A DNA stretch of 18,587 bases from Pseudomonadota bacterium (GTDB taxonomy: Bacteria > Bdellovibrionota > Bdellovibrionia > Bdellovibrionales > SG-bin7): positions 1 to 18,587 of the forward strand of contig JAWXAY010000030.1 in assembly GCA_034439715.1 (NCBI GenBank). Direction: 5' to 3'. The notes under the pieces are model-generated. The model was not told the DNA's origin, did not search any database, and saw only the letters and a program-made list of their open reading frames with translations. Of this stretch, positions 15,646-18,587 are shown in pieces. The translations under genes were made by a program, and so were the position numbers. Every line of letters begins with the position of its first letter. The stretch's first letter is position 1.

Positions 15646-17781
15646 ATGCTTAAAAGAAGGAATTTGGTCATTATTGTTTCGCTGCTGGTGATATTAGCGG
15701 GCTTGCTATTTTTAATCAAAAAAGAAAAAGAACTGCATCGCCTTATAGAAACAAAGCTCATTACACTGGTAAATCAGGATATTTTAGGCGCCACAGGTAT
15801 GGTAATTGAAGAACTTAAATTCGAAACAAGTTATAAAAACTTATTCCGTGGCTATTTGAGTGAACTCTCTTTAAGGATTAGATCAGAAAACATTCGAGCC
15901 ACACTTGATGGACCACTACGATATGCCCTCATTGGCTGGGGCAAGCGCCATTATTTTAACTATAAACCCACCATCATTTTTGAAAAAATCTCGTCGACAA
16001 ATGCCAAGGGCCAGCTCTCAACACCGCTCGATGTCTCACTCCAACTCACACTTAACAAGAATTTTAATGAAGTCCTAAAATTTCTGGGCGAAACCGATGT
16101 CGACAAATTTGATTGGAAGGCACTCGGTTTAAGTATCGAAAAACCAGTACTGAATCTTAGTTTTATTCCATTAAAAAACCATTTTTCACTGTCCATCAAA
16201 ACAAAGTCGCTGAGTTATGAGTCACCTGACAAAACGATTATGGTGGGTCTGCAAAATCCCCACCTTAAAGTCACCAGCCAAATGGACCAAATCTTTCGAT
16301 TCTCTATCGAGAGTAAGGGTGCCGAAGTCTTAAATGGAAAAGACTATTTCGACATTCCGCTCGATGAGATAAAACTTGCTGGCGACATTTCAACCAAGCT
16401 ATCAAATATAAATTTACTAATACAGTCTAAGAAAGATGAATGGGCCACTCGGTTGACCTTAGATAAGGTTAAATTTGACTGGAGAGTGGACATCAATAAT
16501 CTCAGATTATTTTTACCTTGGCTGACCAATACTTTTAATTTGACAGCGATTAAAGAGACAATATGGAAAAGTGGCAGCTTAAAAGCCAGAATTGCCGGTC
16601 CGCTGGCTAGCCCTCTATTACTTAATAAATTAATTAAAAATAGCTCTGGTTTTTTTGCTTTAGAAAACCTTTCGTTTTCGCCACAAAATAACGTCATTAA
16701 AGTGAGCGGCCTTAACTTATACTTGCCGTTTAATTCTAAAAAAAAGACCACTGGCTCACTGGCCCTAAATAATTTGGAGTTTCGAAGGCTTGAAGCTAAA
16801 ATACCACCGACTCCTATTTTAATTTCTTCGCTTTCCCACATATCTATTAATAAACCATTGGTCATTGAAAACAACGCATCTCACTTAACCTTCGAAGACT
16901 TTAAATTAGATTTTTTTAATTCTACACCCTATTACCTAAAGTCTAAAATGCGGTTAGGGCCGACCCCTCTCAAAGACATATTTAATAGCCTTTGCATAAA
17001 ACAAAGTATGCCCACCAGCGAATTGGCCATAAATTTTGACCACGTTGAATTTAACGAAAATAATTTGAAAACTGAGGGAGATGTCACTTTAAAATTTCTG
17101 GGAGGTGAGGCAAAACTCAATGAATTAAAGATGTATCGCCTTTTTTCAAGTGTTCCAGAAACCCATTTTGATTTAAAATGGCAAGACATGAAACTCCAGG
17201 ACATTAATAATTTTGTACGCTTTGGCAAAATGGAAGGCGATTTTGAGGGCTATTTTCGAAATGTGGTTTTTCAAGGTTCTCTTCCGACGCAGTTTAATTT
17301 TTTGTTTAAAGTAAACCCCGGCAAAAGAGGTCAGGTGGTTTTTTCGTCCCGCGCTATGAAAAATTTTATTCAACTATTTACTCCCGAAGATTTTCAAAAG
17401 TATATGGTGGGCCCCCTTAATTGGTTTGCCTTTGGTTGGGCCAGTGACTTGATTGGTGGCTATAATATTGATTACGCGGGGCTATCGCTCTATTCACACC
17501 AGGGTTCTATTTTGCTCGAAACCCTAGACCCCGAGGCTGTGGTCAAGAATACAAAAAAACGCTTTATTCTGAGCGGGCCTCGAGTTAAAGTCCCTGTTCA
17601 GAGCCGCAGTTACCCGATTGTTCTTGATGCTTATGGAATAACCAATTTCATGACCCATATAAGTTCACAGGTTGACGCTATTAATTCTGAAGCTGCGGCA
17701 GAAGTTGGTTCTAAGAAATTTAGTAACAAGGAGATTGCGAATGCCGTTGACCCCTGCCTTAATTTTAAAAAAAATGAATAG
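15646..17781 (+). CDS. YdbH-like (AsmA-like clan) membrane-anchored periplasmic beta-rich protein
   Basis: N-terminal basic residues + TM anchor; long beta-rich body; FLGGEAKL...FGKMEGDFEG C-terminal region; lies directly upstream of a YnbE/YdbL-like gene, as in the ydbH-ynbE-ydbL operon. Confidence 0.6.
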   Translation: MLKRRNLVIIVSLLVILAGLLFLIKKEKELHRLIETKLITLVNQDILGATGMVIEELKFETSYKNLFRGYLSELSLRIRSENIRATLDGPLRYALIGWGKRHYFNYKPTIIFEKISSTNAKGQLSTPLDVSLQLTLNKNFNEVLKFLGETDVDKFDWKALGLSIEKPVLNLSFIPLKNHFSLSIKTKSLSYESPDKTIMVGLQNPHLKVTSQMDQIFRFSIESKGAEVLNGKDYFDIPLDEIKLAGDISTKLSNINLLIQSKKDEWATRLTLDKVKFDWRVDINNLRLFLPWLTNTFNLTAIKETIWKSGSLKARIAGPLASPLLLNKLIKNSSGFFALENLSFSPQNNVIKVSGLNLYLPFNSKKKTTGSLALNNLEFRRLEAKIPPTPILISSLSHISINKPLVIENNASHLTFEDFKLDFFNSTPYYLKSKMRLGPTPLKDIFNSLCIKQSMPTSELAINFDHVEFNENNLKTEGDVTLKFLGGEAKLNELKMYRLFSSVPETHFDLKWQDMKLQDINNFVRFGKMEGDFEGYFRNVVFQGSLPTQFNFLFKVNPGKRGQVVFSSRAMKNFIQLFTPEDFQKYMVGPLNWFAFGWASDLIGGYNIDYAGLSLYSHQGSILLETLDPEAVVKNTKKRFILSGPRVKVPVQSRSYPIVLDAYGITNFMTHISSQVDAINSEAAAEVGSKKFSNKEIANAVDPCLNFKKNE

Positions 17782-18346
17782 TTCTGTTTTTGTTTGGGCG
17801 ATGATTTTATTCGTCGGAATTTCATGTGTGACCGTCAATGTAAATTTTCCGGAAGGTGCGGTCCAAAAAGCGGCAGATGATTACGTCAAAGAACTATATA
17901 ATGCCAAAGAAAAAGATGAAGCTGAAACTGCCGATAAAAAACCCTCGTCATTTTTTCATATTAATTTAAGTTTAATTTCTGTGGCCCATGCGCAAGAATT
18001 TAAAGTTGACACCGCTAAGGCTAAGGAAATTCAATCTCGGCAAAAAGCGCGTATTGATGACCTCAAGGAGCACCTAAAAGAGGGGCAAATTGGTGAGAGT
18101 GCGAATGGCCTGGTAGAAGTCAGAGCTCCCAGTGACATAAAGCCAATACTTATGAAGAAAATTGAAAAGCTCGTGCAAGACGAGAATGCAGATCGTGAGG
18201 CACTTTACGATGAGGTTATCAGCTCTAATGGCCTTTCCTCAAGCGTACGTAATCAGGTTAAAGCAAGTTTTGCCAAGTCCTTTCAAGGTGCAGCGCCAAA
18301 AGGTACCTTGATTGAAAGCACTAAAGGCAAATGGGATAAAAAGTAA
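17774..18346 (+). CDS. Lipoprotein, YnbE-like N-terminus fused to a YdbL/DUF1318 domain
   Basis: Start ATG 17774 gives MNSSVFVWAMILFVGISC-VTVNVNFP (lipobox). DUF1318 motifs: GQIGESANGLV, ENADREALY, APKGTLIE...GKW. Confidence 0.85.
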   Translation: MNSSVFVWAMILFVGISCVTVNVNFPEGAVQKAADDYVKELYNAKEKDEAETADKKPSSFFHINLSLISVAHAQEFKVDTAKAKEIQSRQKARIDDLKEHLKEGQIGESANGLVEVRAPSDIKPILMKKIEKLVQDENADREALYDEVISSNGLSSSVRNQVKASFAKSFQGAAPKGTLIESTKGKWDKK

Positions 18347-18546
18347 AGATCTCGTCAGAATCGCTGGGTAGTTACAAGAGTGTCTTAAGAGTGGGTGTCT
18401 TAAAGGGTTCTAACTCAATCAAGTGAGAACTAATTCGATTACTCGCATTCATCCGAGCCATCCGGCCTCCGTGTCTTTGTTTTCCTTACTTTGAATTTAC
18501 CCCCTCGCCCCACTTGAGACTTCTTTTGCAGTTATCTCCCTCTACT

Positions 18547-18587
18547 ATGAAACAACAAAATCTTTTTAAAATTCCCAGTCACAAAAA
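18547..18587 (+). CDS. 5' fragment of an ORF (MKQQNLFKIPSHK...), truncated by the window edge
   Basis: ATG at 18547, open to the end of the window. Only 13 complete codons are visible. Confidence 0.4.
   Translation, partial: MKQQNLFKIPSHK

Noticed and set aside
17672..17773. N-terminal extension of the 224 aa ORF in the track
   Set aside because: It overlaps the ydbH-like CDS; the lipobox indicates the start at 17774.
17763..17781. TTTT followed by an A8 run at the ydbH-like/ydbL-like overlap as a programmed frameshift site
   Set aside because: Fusion would need a +1 shift, and the downstream ORF has its own ATG and lipoprotein signal; ordinary translational coupling explains it.
425..17825. 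Numerous short overlapping or antisense ORFs (e.g. 425-616, 4393-4833, 11503-11937, 16344-16874)
   Set aside because: They shadow well-supported genes and show no motifs or RBS.
1..18587. CRISPR array, rRNA, riboswitch or classical anti-phage defence genes
   Set aside because: I saw no regularly spaced 25-40 nt repeats and no recognisable motifs; a covariance-model search would be needed to exclude weak RNA families.

Overview
Gene-dense bacterial chromosomal window. The gene content (PilZ proteins, a pseudo-receiver/PilZ chimera, many signal-peptide-bearing orphans, sigma54 promoters) suggests a Bdellovibrionota/Oligoflexia-like organism; this is an inference. In order it contains: the 5' end of a probable pntA, a canonical PilZ gene, ogt, a lipoprotein, a tandem DUF3011-like secreted protein, a REC-PilZ-REC(PAS)-PilZ protein, an outer-membrane beta-barrel plus a ceruloplasmin-like two-domain multicopper oxidase, an epimerase/GT2 pair, two divergent secreted orphans, an S41 protease, a polytopic membrane protein plus secreted vWA pair, tRNA-Thr(CGT), a YdbH-like gene with a YnbE-YdbL fusion, and a terminal intergenic region with clustered GGA motifs followed by a truncated ORF. 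I saw no CRISPR array, integrase or complete mobile element. The best candidates for undescribed biology are (i) the membrane protein + vWA operon behind an 11-bp phased repeat operator, (ii) the beta-barrel + ceruloplasmin-like oxidase pair, (iii) a terminal CxxxF motif shared by secreted proteins, and (iv) a possible CsrA-titrating sRNA. All family calls come from motif reading by eye; no searches were run.
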